Positions 19,352 to 28,269 of a DNA stretch of 32,000 bases are shown piece after piece (within the stretch, counting starts at the first letter, position 1; each line of letters opens with the position of its first letter). The stretch spans positions 1,020,001 to 1,052,000 of the forward strand of contig NZ_DS995298.1 of assembly GCF_000155895.1 (NCBI RefSeq). The letters run 5' to 3'. The position numbers and the translations under genes are program-made. Under the pieces are notes generated by a model that worked only from the letters and a program-made list of their open reading frames with translations, was not told the DNA's origin and searched no databases. The DNA comes from Candidatus Pelagibacter sp. HTCC7211. Its GTDB lineage: Bacteria > Pseudomonadota > Alphaproteobacteria > Pelagibacterales > Pelagibacteraceae.

Positions 19352-20134
19352 TTATTTTGAAAAAGGTGTACAAATTGGTCTTTTTTTGTCTTTCTCTAAA
19401 AAATTAATAACCTCTAAAACTAATTCATTTTTTTTATAATCTTGATTTAAATTATTCAAATTTTCAGTTAAATTTTCATTTTTAAAAATTTCTTTATAAG
19501 CGTTACTTAAAGTGATTATTTCTTTATTTGATATATTTTTTCTTCTAAGACCAATTAAATTTAATCCTTGAAGCACACTTCTATTTCCATGGGCTATTCC
19601 ATATGGAATTATATCTCTTACAACGCCACACATTCCACCTATCATTGCTGATCTTCCAACTCTTGTAAATTGTTGTACTGCTGAATTACCTCCAATTATA
19701 ACATTATCCTCTATATTAGCATGTCCTCCCAAAGGAACGTTGTTAGCTAAAATAACATTATTACCAACATTACAATCATGAGCTATATGAGATGAAACCA
19801 TAAATAAGCAATTATTTCCAACTTTTGTTAACCCTCCTCCACCTTTGGTTCCAGGATTAATTGTAACATATTCTCTAATTTTATTATTATCTCCAATTAT
19901 AAGATTTGTTTGTTCGCCACTAAATTTGAGATCTTGAGGATCGTTACCTAGTGATGCAAATGGATATATTTTATTATTTTTTCCTATTTTAGTATTGCCA
20001 GTTATACTAACATGTGATTGAATTTCATTACCTTCTCCAATTTCTACATTTGATCCTATCACACAGTATGCACCAATTTTAATATTTTCAGGAACTTTTG
20101 CACTAGGATCTATAATGGCAGTTTTATGTATCAT
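19352..20134 (-). CDS. lpxA: Acyl-ACP--UDP-N-acetylglucosamine O-acyltransferase
   Basis: 260 aa beginning MIHKTAIIDPSAKV, with hexapeptide repeats throughout and an LpxA-type helical C-terminal domain. Confidence 0.95.
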   Translation of the reverse strand: MIHKTAIIDPSAKVPENIKIGAYCVIGSNVEIGEGNEIQSHVSITGNTKIGKNNKIYPFASLGNDPQDLKFSGEQTNLIIGDNNKIREYVTINPGTKGGGGLTKVGNNCLFMVSSHIAHDCNVGNNVILANNVPLGGHANIEDNVIIGGNSAVQQFTRVGRSAMIGGMCGVVRDIIPYGIAHGNRSVLQGLNLIGLRRKNISNKEIITLSNAYKEIFKNENLTENLNNLNQDYKKNELVLEVINFLEKDKKRPICTPFSK

Positions 20135-21111
20135 TTGTTTTCTTTCAAAAAGTCTCTAATATTTTTGGCTGGATACCCCATTACTTTTGAATTATCTGGA
20201 ATATCTCTTATAACACCACTGCCTCCTGCTATATCAACATTGTCACCTATTTTTAAATGTCCTGATATCCCGGCTTGTCCACCAATTTTAATATTTTTAC
20301 CTAAAATAGTACTTCCAGCTATTCCAACTTGTCCTGCTATTATACAATTTTCACCAATTTTAACATTATGGGCTATATGTATTTGATTATCTAAGTAAGT
20401 ATTTCTCCCAATTATAGTATTAGACATTGATCCTCTATCAATTGTTGATCCACATCCTATTTCACAATGATTTTCTATAATAACAATTCCAATGTGTGGA
20501 TACCTCACATTAGTTTTTTTATCAGGAAAAAATCCAAATCCATGTTTTCCAACAACACAATTATCAAGAATTTTTACATCATTGCCAATTAATGTATTTC
20601 TGATGACAGAATTTGAACCAATAGTGCAATAATCACCAATAGAAACATTTCTTTCAATTACGGTATTATGTCCAATCATGCAATTAGAGCCTATTGAAAC
20701 ATTATCGCCGATTAATACATTGTGTCCAAATTTAACTTTGTCTTTGTAAATAGTTTTGTCAATAAAGTTAGCAGTACTATCAAAGTTATCATTAATCGCA
20801 CTTGGATAAAATTTTGCTGTAATGGTTGAAGTAGCTAATAGAACATTTTTTACAATTACAGGTGTACAAGTATCTGGTAATATTTCTTTTAAATTTTCAT
20901 TAGTAATACAAAATGAAGCCTTAGTATTATTTGCTAATTCTTTGTATTTGTTTGAGTGAAAAAAAGTAATATCATTTTTATTTGATGTAATTAAATCTTT
21001 AATATCATTAACATTGACATTTGAATATTTTTCATCAGATTTAAGATTAAGAGTTTGTAATATATCACAAATCTTAAGTGGGCCATGATTTTTAAAGAAT
21101 GCGTTTGGCAT
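20131..21111 (-). CDS. lpxD: UDP-3-O-acylglucosamine N-acyltransferase
   Basis: LpxD N-terminal domain followed by a long hexapeptide-repeat region. I prefer the ATG at 21111 (MPNAFFKNHGPL...). The track uses a TTG at 21126, which lies inside a perfect hairpin. Confidence 0.92.
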   Translation of the reverse strand: MPNAFFKNHGPLKICDILQTLNLKSDEKYSNVNVNDIKDLITSNKNDITFFHSNKYKELANNTKASFCITNENLKEILPDTCTPVIVKNVLLATSTITAKFYPSAINDNFDSTANFIDKTIYKDKVKFGHNVLIGDNVSIGSNCMIGHNTVIERNVSIGDYCTIGSNSVIRNTLIGNDVKILDNCVVGKHGFGFFPDKKTNVRYPHIGIVIIENHCEIGCGSTIDRGSMSNTIIGRNTYLDNQIHIAHNVKIGENCIIAGQVGIAGSTILGKNIKIGGQAGISGHLKIGDNVDIAGGSGVIRDIPDNSKVMGYPAKNIRDFLKENK

Positions 21112-21133
21112 AAATGCTTTTACCAAAGCATTT
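21112..21133 (-). promoter_or_regulatory. Perfect 9-bp stem / 4-nt loop hairpin abutting the lpxD ATG
   Basis: The mRNA strand reads AAAUGCUUU-GGUA-AAAGCAUUU and is followed immediately by AUG. I checked the pairing base by base (21112-21120 with 21125-21133). It is the only clear structure in the only spacer longer than 14 nt within the rpsB-to-lpxB array. Confidence 0.55.
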
Positions 21134-21162
21134 TAAAATAAGTTATCAATAATTATTGCTAT

Positions 21163-21609
21163 TTATTTCTTGTCAACAATAGTTGCAGACCATATTGCAT
21201 CTGCCATTTTTTTATCCTCTACAAAAGCTTCACCTTTATATTTCCATACTCTACCATGAGATCTAATTGCCTCAATTTTTAAAATTAAATCACAATCAGG
21301 TATCACAGGATTTCGAAATCTTGCTTTTTCAACACCCATCAAAAAAACTAATTTATTTTCATATGTAGTTTTATCTAGTCCATGAGCAGTTAATGCTGCA
21401 GCAGCTTGCCCAAAAGACTCAACAATTAGCACACCCGGCATTACTGGATTATCTGGAAAATGGCCTTGAACAAAAAAACTATCTTTTCTAACTTTTACAA
21501 CAGCTGTTGCAGATGATAATTTTTTTATGTCTGATAATTCATCTATTAGAAGCATTGGTTCTCTATGAGGTAATAAATTTACGATATCTTGTTTATTCAA
21601 TTTAAGCAT
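21163..21609 (-). CDS. fabZ: 3-hydroxyacyl-ACP dehydratase
   Basis: 148 aa with the motifs LPHREPMLLIDEL and GHFPDNPVMPGVLIVESFGQAAA. Confidence 0.95.
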   Translation of the reverse strand: MLKLNKQDIVNLLPHREPMLLIDELSDIKKLSSATAVVKVRKDSFFVQGHFPDNPVMPGVLIVESFGQAAAALTAHGLDKTTYENKLVFLMGVEKARFRNPVIPDCDLILKIEAIRSHGRVWKYKGEAFVEDKKMADAIWSATIVDKK

Positions 21610-21611
21610 AG

Positions 21612-22124
21612 TTATTTAATTTTTTCATTTATTTCTTTTATTACTTCGTTTGTTAAGTTCAAGTTAGATCTGCCAATTAATATATTTTTAGAATCTAGCA
21701 AAATTTTGACCGATTTTTTTTCCATATAAGCATTTATGATTGGACTGATCTTGCTTATAATACCATCAAATTCTTTTTTTTTATAATTATTAAAATCTTC
21801 AACCATTTTAGATTGATCTTCTTTAAATTTATTTGCTTTTTCTTTGAAAAATAAAACCTCTTTATCAAATTCTTCTTTGGAAATTATATTTTTTTTGCTG
21901 ATAATATCGTTTTCAAGATCTTTTAATATTTTTTCGTTATTTTTAAGTTCATTTAAATTTTTTTCATTTAAATTATTTATAGAATTTAAAGTTTTTTTTC
22001 CTATTTCAGAATTCTTTATAATAAAATCCATATCAATATATGCTATGGGTTCACTACTATAAGCTTGAGCTATATTTAAAAAAAAAAATATAGAAATAAA
22101 AAAAAAATTATTTATAAATTTCAT
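21612..22124 (-). CDS. skp: OmpH/Skp family periplasmic chaperone
   Basis: 170 aa with a signal peptide (MKFINNFFFISIFFFLNIAQA) and a K/E-rich coiled-coil body. It sits directly downstream of bamA, joined by a TAATG junction. Confidence 0.8.
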   Translation of the reverse strand: MKFINNFFFISIFFFLNIAQAYSSEPIAYIDMDFIIKNSEIGKKTLNSINNLNEKNLNELKNNEKILKDLENDIISKKNIISKEEFDKEVLFFKEKANKFKEDQSKMVEDFNNYKKKEFDGIISKISPIINAYMEKKSVKILLDSKNILIGRSNLNLTNEVIKEINEKIK

Positions 22125-24367
22125 TAAAATGTTGTTCCTAGATTAAATCTAAAACTTTCTGTAATATCATTATCCTCTTTTGTTATAACCTCAGAAAGAG
22201 TAAAATTTAAAGGACCAATAACTGTAAACCAATCAACTCCAACGCCAATTGAACTTCTTAATTTACCTCCATCATCAAGAGATGAGTCATAGTCTACACC
22301 CCAAAGGCTACCAGCATCAAAAAACATAATAGCATCTAAATTCTGAAAATTTTGAAAAATTCTTGGTATATTTGATTGAGCATTAAATGTAGCACTATAG
22401 TTACCACCTATAAAATCATCACCATCCTTTGGACCTATCTTACCAGCTTCAAAACCTCTTAAACGTCTAGAAGGAATAAAAAGTCTTTCTGATAGCTTAA
22501 CATCATCATCTGTAACAGAATTGGCACCCGCCAAAGATACAGAAAAAGAAGTTATATTATTTTCATAAAATTCATTAAATACTTTATAATTATATCTATT
22601 TGTAAAAGTATTCGTTTCACTAATAATAGGAAAGTTAATACTATAATTTGACCTAAAACCATCTGATGTTTTAAACTTTTGGTTTCTTTTATCGTAGTCA
22701 AAATTAAATTTCAAAAATGAATCAAAATAATTTCCTGCTTGTTTTTTTTGTCTTGCAGAAGCAGTTGAGTCAGTTTCCATATTCTCAAAAAAAGAACTTG
22801 TTGCTAATCCTAAGTTAAAGTCTTTTAAATATTCGAATGAAGTACCTACTTCAAATCCTGTTTTATTAGTCTTATATCCAAAGTCTTTTAATTTATCAGT
22901 TTCTTCAGCTTTAATATTAAAATAAACTGATCTATCTGAATTATTATAATTTGGATTAGTTATTGAATAACTTCCTTTAACAGAGTCTGTTGAAAAAGTA
23001 ATATCAGCATCAACAGCAACACCTTTTCCAAGATAATTATTTTCTTTAACACCAAAAAAGAAAGATCCACCATCAGTACCCACCCCTGCTCCAGCAGTTA
23101 ATTCACCAGTTGGCTTTTCAACTAATTCATAATTTATTACTTTAGAATTTCGATTCTTACCATCAACTATTGTAGATTTAATACTTTTAAAAAAGTTTAA
23201 ACTTTTTAAATTATTTTCAGATTTTTTTGCTAAGATTTCATTATAAGGATCACCTTCATCGATTTCTAACTGGTTTCTTACTACATTTTCTCTCGTAACA
23301 TTATTTCCAAGTATATTAATTTTTTCAATAAAAAAAGTTTTGCTTTTCTCAACAACAAAATCAATATTTAATTTATCAGATACAATATTTTGCTGGGCGA
23401 AAGCATTGGATGATTTAAATTCTTCAGTTGTAGTAATCGAATCAATTTCATCTAAAATTTTATCAACAGAATAGAGTGAATAAGGTTCACCTTTAAGATC
23501 TACTAATAAATTCTTTAAATTCTTATAATTTTCTTCATCAAAATCATTTGGTAAGACAACTTTCATTTCACCAAAATAAATTTTTTTATTTGCATTTATA
23601 TTATAAATTAACTCAAATTTATTTTTATCGATTAATTTTGCAAATGAAGCATTAATTTCAACATTGTAATATCCTTTATTTAAGTAAAAATTTTTAAGTA
23701 ATCTTTTGTCAAGTTCAATCAAATCTTCATTTAAAAATTTTTTACCCGAAATAAATTTCCAAAATTTATATTCTTCACTAACTAAAATACTTCTTAGTTT
23801 ATTATCTTTAAAAACTTTGTCGCCAATAAAAGAAATTTTTCCAATTTTAGATTTTTCACCAAGATCAATACGATAATCAATACTAATCATATTGTCATTT
23901 AATATTTCTATAAAAGGATCAATTTTAGAGAAATAAAATCCAGCTGATTTGAGTTTTGATTGAATAATCTTTGTTTCTTCTGATAAAAAAAAATTATTAA
24001 AAGATCCTCTTGGTTTCAAAATTAAACTTTCTTTGATTAATTTTTTAAACTTTTCAGCTTTTATACCACTAATCTTTATATCTTTTATAAGTGGAGCCTC
24101 TTTGACATTAATTTCAATTATACTATTTTCAAATTTAACTGAAACATTACTAAAAAAATTTGAGTCATATAAATTTTTTAATATTTCATTTAATATTAAA
24201 TTATTAAAATTTTGACCTTCATCAATTTTGGAAAACATTAAAATTGTTTCATCAGAAATTCTTTTGTTACCTTTAATTTCAATCTTTTTAATTATTTCAC
24301 TAAATGCAAAAGACAAAAATAGTACATTTAAAACAAACGACAAAAAAATTACTTTAACATTGTTCAT
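22124..24367 (-). CDS. bamA: Outer membrane protein assembly factor BamA
   Basis: 747 aa with a signal peptide, POTRA-like repeats (IKKIEIKGNKRISDETI..., IEKINILGNNVTRENVVRNQLEIDEGDPYN) and a C-terminal beta-barrel ending ...FNLGTTF. Confidence 0.95.
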   Translation of the reverse strand: MNNVKVIFLSFVLNVLFLSFAFSEIIKKIEIKGNKRISDETILMFSKIDEGQNFNNLILNEILKNLYDSNFFSNVSVKFENSIIEINVKEAPLIKDIKISGIKAEKFKKLIKESLILKPRGSFNNFFLSEETKIIQSKLKSAGFYFSKIDPFIEILNDNMISIDYRIDLGEKSKIGKISFIGDKVFKDNKLRSILVSEEYKFWKFISGKKFLNEDLIELDKRLLKNFYLNKGYYNVEINASFAKLIDKNKFELIYNINANKKIYFGEMKVVLPNDFDEENYKNLKNLLVDLKGEPYSLYSVDKILDEIDSITTTEEFKSSNAFAQQNIVSDKLNIDFVVEKSKTFFIEKINILGNNVTRENVVRNQLEIDEGDPYNEILAKKSENNLKSLNFFKSIKSTIVDGKNRNSKVINYELVEKPTGELTAGAGVGTDGGSFFFGVKENNYLGKGVAVDADITFSTDSVKGSYSITNPNYNNSDRSVYFNIKAEETDKLKDFGYKTNKTGFEVGTSFEYLKDFNLGLATSSFFENMETDSTASARQKKQAGNYFDSFLKFNFDYDKRNQKFKTSDGFRSNYSINFPIISETNTFTNRYNYKVFNEFYENNITSFSVSLAGANSVTDDDVKLSERLFIPSRRLRGFEAGKIGPKDGDDFIGGNYSATFNAQSNIPRIFQNFQNLDAIMFFDAGSLWGVDYDSSLDDGGKLRSSIGVGVDWFTVIGPLNFTLSEVITKEDNDITESFRFNLGTTF

Positions 24368-24381
24368 ATATAATTGATGAT

Positions 24382-25545
24382 TTATATACTGTTTTCAAGG
24401 GTTATCAATCTAACATAATTATTTAATTCAACTATATCTTTAATTTTTTTTGGATACTTTTTTTTATATTTTGAAAATTTCTTTTTGTTTATAATTTTAA
24501 ATAATTTTTTTTGTATATCGACAAATTTAATTTCATTATTAAGAAATAATTCAACCAAAGTATCATTTGCTGAAACAACAACAGTTTCAAATAAAGATTG
24601 TTTTGATGGTAAAAAATTCAATAAATTTACCATAGGAAATCTTTTTAATTCTATATTTTTTAAATTTAAATTATTTAGAATATTTATATCTATTATTTTT
24701 GACTTTAATTTTTTGCTATTATTATCATAAAGAGTATTAAATATTGGTATTTTCATAGTTGTATCATGTGCAATAATTTTTGTTAGTCCATTATCAAATT
24801 TTAAAATTGCATGAACATAAGATTTGGGATGAATTAAAATCTTAATCTTTTTATAATTAATTTTGAATATATTTCTAGCTTCTATAACTTCATAAACTTT
24901 ATTAATCATAGTAGCTGAGTCTATGGAGATTTTTTTACCCATTTTCCAATTTGGATGTTTTAAAGCTTGATTAATTTTTATACTTTTGAATTTATTCAAT
25001 GAAATTTTGCTGAATGGTCCGCCAGATGCTGTTAAATATATCATTTCAATATTATTTATTTTCAAATTTTTTAAACCATACCAGAGTGAAAAATGCTCTG
25101 AATCAACTGGTATAAATTGTGTTTTATTTTTTTTTAATTCTTTATTAATTAAATTCCACCCACATATAATTGACTCTTTATTAGCGATAGCAATCTTTTT
25201 GGAATACCTTATTATATTTAAAGTTGGCTCTAAACCATTGATACCTGTAATTGAGCTCATTGAATAATCAATTTTACTCTTAAATATTCTATGTAAATTT
25301 TTAAAATCATTATAAATATTCAAATTTTTTTTTTTATTAATTTTTTTTAACAAATTATATTTCACTGGATTTGTAATAATTAAATTTTTTACATTAAAAT
25401 TTTTAGCCTGTTTGTATAATAACTTATAATTTGTGTCTGCAGTTAAAAGAATAATTTCAAAGTTTTTACGATCTTTATTTACAATGTCTAATAAAGTTTT
25501 TCCAATAGATCCAGTTGATCCAAGTATTGCAATTTTTTTTTTCAT
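24382..25545 (-). CDS. dxr: 1-deoxy-D-xylulose 5-phosphate reductoisomerase
   Basis: MKKKIAILGSTGSIGKTLLDIV is the NADPH-binding motif; other Dxr motifs are PVDSEHFSLW, LTASGGPF and HPNWKMGKKISIDSATM. The ATG at 25545 forms an ATGA overlap with the cdsA stop, so I prefer it over the track's TTG at 25557. Confidence 0.95.
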   Translation of the reverse strand: MKKKIAILGSTGSIGKTLLDIVNKDRKNFEIILLTADTNYKLLYKQAKNFNVKNLIITNPVKYNLLKKINKKKNLNIYNDFKNLHRIFKSKIDYSMSSITGINGLEPTLNIIRYSKKIAIANKESIICGWNLINKELKKNKTQFIPVDSEHFSLWYGLKNLKINNIEMIYLTASGGPFSKISLNKFKSIKINQALKHPNWKMGKKISIDSATMINKVYEVIEARNIFKINYKKIKILIHPKSYVHAILKFDNGLTKIIAHDTTMKIPIFNTLYDNNSKKLKSKIIDINILNNLNLKNIELKRFPMVNLLNFLPSKQSLFETVVVSANDTLVELFLNNEIKFVDIQKKLFKIINKKKFSKYKKKYPKKIKDIVELNNYVRLITLENSI

Positions 25546-26192
25546 TGAAAATTCCAATTCAAAAATACAAGATAAGAGAAAGGATAAGCAAAAATCATAC
25601 CATCAATTCTATCTAAAATCCCGCCATGTCCTGGAATGATATTTCCGGTATCTTTAATTTTAGAAAGTCTTTTAAAATACGAAATAATTATATCTCCTAT
25701 TTGACTTACTAAGGATACAAATAATACAAAGATAAATGTTTCTTCTGTAAATTTAAAATTATAGATTTTTAAAGTTAATTTAAAAAATAAGATGGTAGTA
25801 ATAATTGATAACAGAAAACTTCCAATCACTCCGGCATATGTTTTATTTGGACTCAATTTAGTTAATTTTGGTCCTTTTAATAGTTTCCCAAAAATATAAC
25901 CACCGGTATCTGTTGAGACACATATTATTGCTATTAACAAAATATGAAAATAATCTTGGTTAAAATCATTTCTAATTTTAAATATTGTGTAAAATGAAAT
26001 TATTATAAAAAATAAACCAATTATTTTTTGGTTATTAAATTTTGACATTTGTAGCCATTCATATGCGGTTATGACAAAACATATAAAAATAAAAAAATTG
26101 AATAAAATGGAACCTTCAATTATTATAAAAAGTACTATTGGAGCCATTATAAGGGCGCTAAAAAGTCTTATTATAAATTCATTTTTAATCAT
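25542..26192 (-). CDS. cdsA: Phosphatidate cytidylyltransferase (CDP-diglyceride synthase)
   Basis: 216-aa polytopic membrane protein with the C-terminal CdsA signature SYFKRLSKIKDTGNIIPGHGGILDRIDG. Confidence 0.9.
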   Translation of the reverse strand: MIKNEFIIRLFSALIMAPIVLFIIIEGSILFNFFIFICFVITAYEWLQMSKFNNQKIIGLFFIIISFYTIFKIRNDFNQDYFHILLIAIICVSTDTGGYIFGKLLKGPKLTKLSPNKTYAGVIGSFLLSIITTILFFKLTLKIYNFKFTEETFIFVLFVSLVSQIGDIIISYFKRLSKIKDTGNIIPGHGGILDRIDGMIFAYPFSYLVFLNWNFQ

Positions 26193-26863
26193 ATGTTTCC
26201 GTAATTTCTTTTCACTTTTTTAAATTTATTAATTATTTTTGAATAATCTGTTTCATTAAAATCTGGCCATAATTTTTTTTCAAAGAAAATTTCTGAGTAA
26301 GCAATTTGCCATAATAAAAAATTACTTAATCTTTTTGTGTTACCAGTTCTAATTAATATATCTGGGTTGGGTATATTTTTGGTATATAGAAATTTTTCAA
26401 TATTTTTTTCGTCGATATTGATATTATTTTTTATAATTTTCTTAAATGCATTTACTAACTCAAATTTAGAACCATAATTTAATGCGAGATTAATTTGGAT
26501 TTTTGAATTTTTGGAAGTCTTTTTTTCTGCTGAATTTAATAATAAATTCAATTTTTTAGAAAAATTTTTTTTACCAATAACTTTAAATTTAATATCTTGT
26601 TTATCAAATTCATCAATTCTACTAATTAAAAAACTTTCTAATAAATTGAATAAATAATCTATTTCTTTTTTTGGTCTTTTCCAATTTTCGGTAGAAAAAG
26701 CAAATAATGTTAAAAACTTTATATTATATTCTATAGATTTTTTAATAATACGTTCAACTGATTTTAAACCAGCTTTATGTCCAGCGTTTCTTGATTTTTT
26801 TTGTTTAAGGCCCCATCTCCCATTACCATCCATAATAATGGCCACGTGATTTATAGGGTTCAT
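26189..26863 (-). CDS. uppS: Di-trans,poly-cis-undecaprenyl-diphosphate synthase
   Basis: 224 aa with the motifs HVAIIMDGNGRW, FAFSTENWKRP and IRTGNTKRLSNFLLWQIAYSE. Confidence 0.95.
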   Translation of the reverse strand: MNPINHVAIIMDGNGRWGLKQKKSRNAGHKAGLKSVERIIKKSIEYNIKFLTLFAFSTENWKRPKKEIDYLFNLLESFLISRIDEFDKQDIKFKVIGKKNFSKKLNLLLNSAEKKTSKNSKIQINLALNYGSKFELVNAFKKIIKNNINIDEKNIEKFLYTKNIPNPDILIRTGNTKRLSNFLLWQIAYSEIFFEKKLWPDFNETDYSKIINKFKKVKRNYGNI

Positions 26864-26864
26864 T

Positions 26865-27416
26865 TTATATTGTCATTATTTCTTTTTCTTTTAAAGAAAC
26901 CTTTTCATCTACAGTTTTAATATGTTCATCTGTTATTGTTTGAACATTTTTTTCAGATGATTTTTCTTCATCTTCTCCAATTTCTTTTGATTTTAAAAGT
27001 TTTTTCAATTCTTCGTTAGCTTCTCTTCTAATGTTTCTAATGGAAACTTTACATTTTTCTCCAATTGATTTTATAAGTTTTTTTAATTCTGTTCTTCTCT
27101 CTTCATTAAGCTCAGGTACTGGTAGTCTAATCAATTGACCATCTATTTGAGGATTTAATCCTAAATCTGATTTTTGTATTGCGGCGTCAACAAGCGATAC
27201 GTTATTAGCATCCCATACTTGAATATTTATCATCCTTGGTTCAGGTGTTGTTATACTTCCAACTTGATTGATTGGCATTTGTTGTCCATAAACATCAACT
27301 TTAACTAAGTCTAACATTGCAGCATTAGCTCTACCTGTTCTTAAAGATGTTAATTCTTTTGAGAAAACCTCAATGGCTTTATCCATTTTAAGGCTGTATG
27401 ATTTTTCATCAAACAT
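26865..27416 (-). CDS. frr: Ribosome recycling factor
   Basis: 183 aa with the motifs LRTGRANAAMLD, RLPVPELNEERR and IRNIRREAN. Confidence 0.97.
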   Translation of the reverse strand: MFDEKSYSLKMDKAIEVFSKELTSLRTGRANAAMLDLVKVDVYGQQMPINQVGSITTPEPRMINIQVWDANNVSLVDAAIQKSDLGLNPQIDGQLIRLPVPELNEERRTELKKLIKSIGEKCKVSIRNIRREANEELKKLLKSKEIGEDEEKSSEKNVQTITDEHIKTVDEKVSLKEKEIMTI

Positions 27417-28268
27417 TTATTCTCCAATCTTTATTCTATAAAACTCTTTTACTTTTAAGTCAGCAATTGAAAGTTCTTTCAAAACATCTTCTACTTTCTT
27501 TTTTGGCTCCATTACCCAAGCTTGAGACAATAGTGCATTTTCTTCCTTAAATTTGTTCATTTTACCCATGCTAATTTTTTTTGCAATATCATCAGGTTTG
27601 CCTGAGTTTTTTAATTCTTCCGTTACAAGTTCTTGTTCTTTATCAATTATTGATTGATCAATTAAATTAGATTCTAAAGCTAAAGGATTTGAAGCAGCAA
27701 TATGCATAGATAATTGTTTTGCAAAAGTTTTAACTGTTTCTGATTTATCTTGAGTCTCTAAAGATACAACAACTGCTAATTTTGCAATATTATCTTTTAC
27801 GACTGTATGTAAATAATGATTGTTTAATGATCCAGAATTTTCAATAGTTTTTGTTTTTCCTATTGTAATTTTTTCACCTATCTTTGCAATTAAAGCAACA
27901 ATATTATCTTCAACTGTCTCACCATTTGACATTTTTGAAATTTTTAAATCATCAATATTTGAGTTTTTTTCGTTATTTAATTCACTTAATTCTTTAACAA
28001 AGTTTGTAAAATCCTCATTTTTTGCAACAAAATCTGTTTCACAATTTACCTCTACAACAGATGTTTTATTTTCATCTCCACTGACTGCTACAACACCTTC
28101 TTTAGCGTCTCTAGACATTTTTTTTGAAGCTTTAGAAATTCCTTTTACTCTTAGTATCTCTGTTGCTTTATCTATATCACCACCTGACTCTTTAATAGCA
28201 AGATTACAATCTTTAAAACCAGCACCAGTAACTTCTCTAAGTTTTTTTACTTTTTCTATATCGCTCAT
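27417..28268 (-). CDS. tsf: Translation elongation factor Ts
   Basis: 283 aa with N-terminal UBA-like motif [34 protein letters not shown], followed by [14 protein letters not shown]. Confidence 0.97.
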   Translation of the reverse strand: MSDIEKVKKLREVTGAGFKDCNLAIKESGGDIDKATEILRVKGISKASKKMSRDAKEGVVAVSGDENKTSVVEVNCETDFVAKNEDFTNFVKELSELNNEKNSNIDDLKISKMSNGETVEDNIVALIAKIGEKITIGKTKTIENSGSLNNHYLHTVVKDNIAKLAVVVSLETQDKSETVKTFAKQLSMHIAASNPLALESNLIDQSIIDKEQELVTEELKNSGKPDDIAKKISMGKMNKFKEENALLSQAWVMEPKKKVEDVLKELSIADLKVKEFYRIKIGE

Positions 28269-28269
28269 T

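Noticed and set aside
22078-22107. Homopolymer tracts (A11 at 22078-22088 and A10 at 22098-22107 on the plus strand) inside the skp signal-peptide coding region, as possible phase-variation switches
   Set aside because: They simply encode runs of Phe (FFF) in a hydrophobic signal peptide in an AT-rich genome. Similar T10 runs occur in lipA (4483-4492) and dxr (25533-25542). There is no evidence of a contingency locus.
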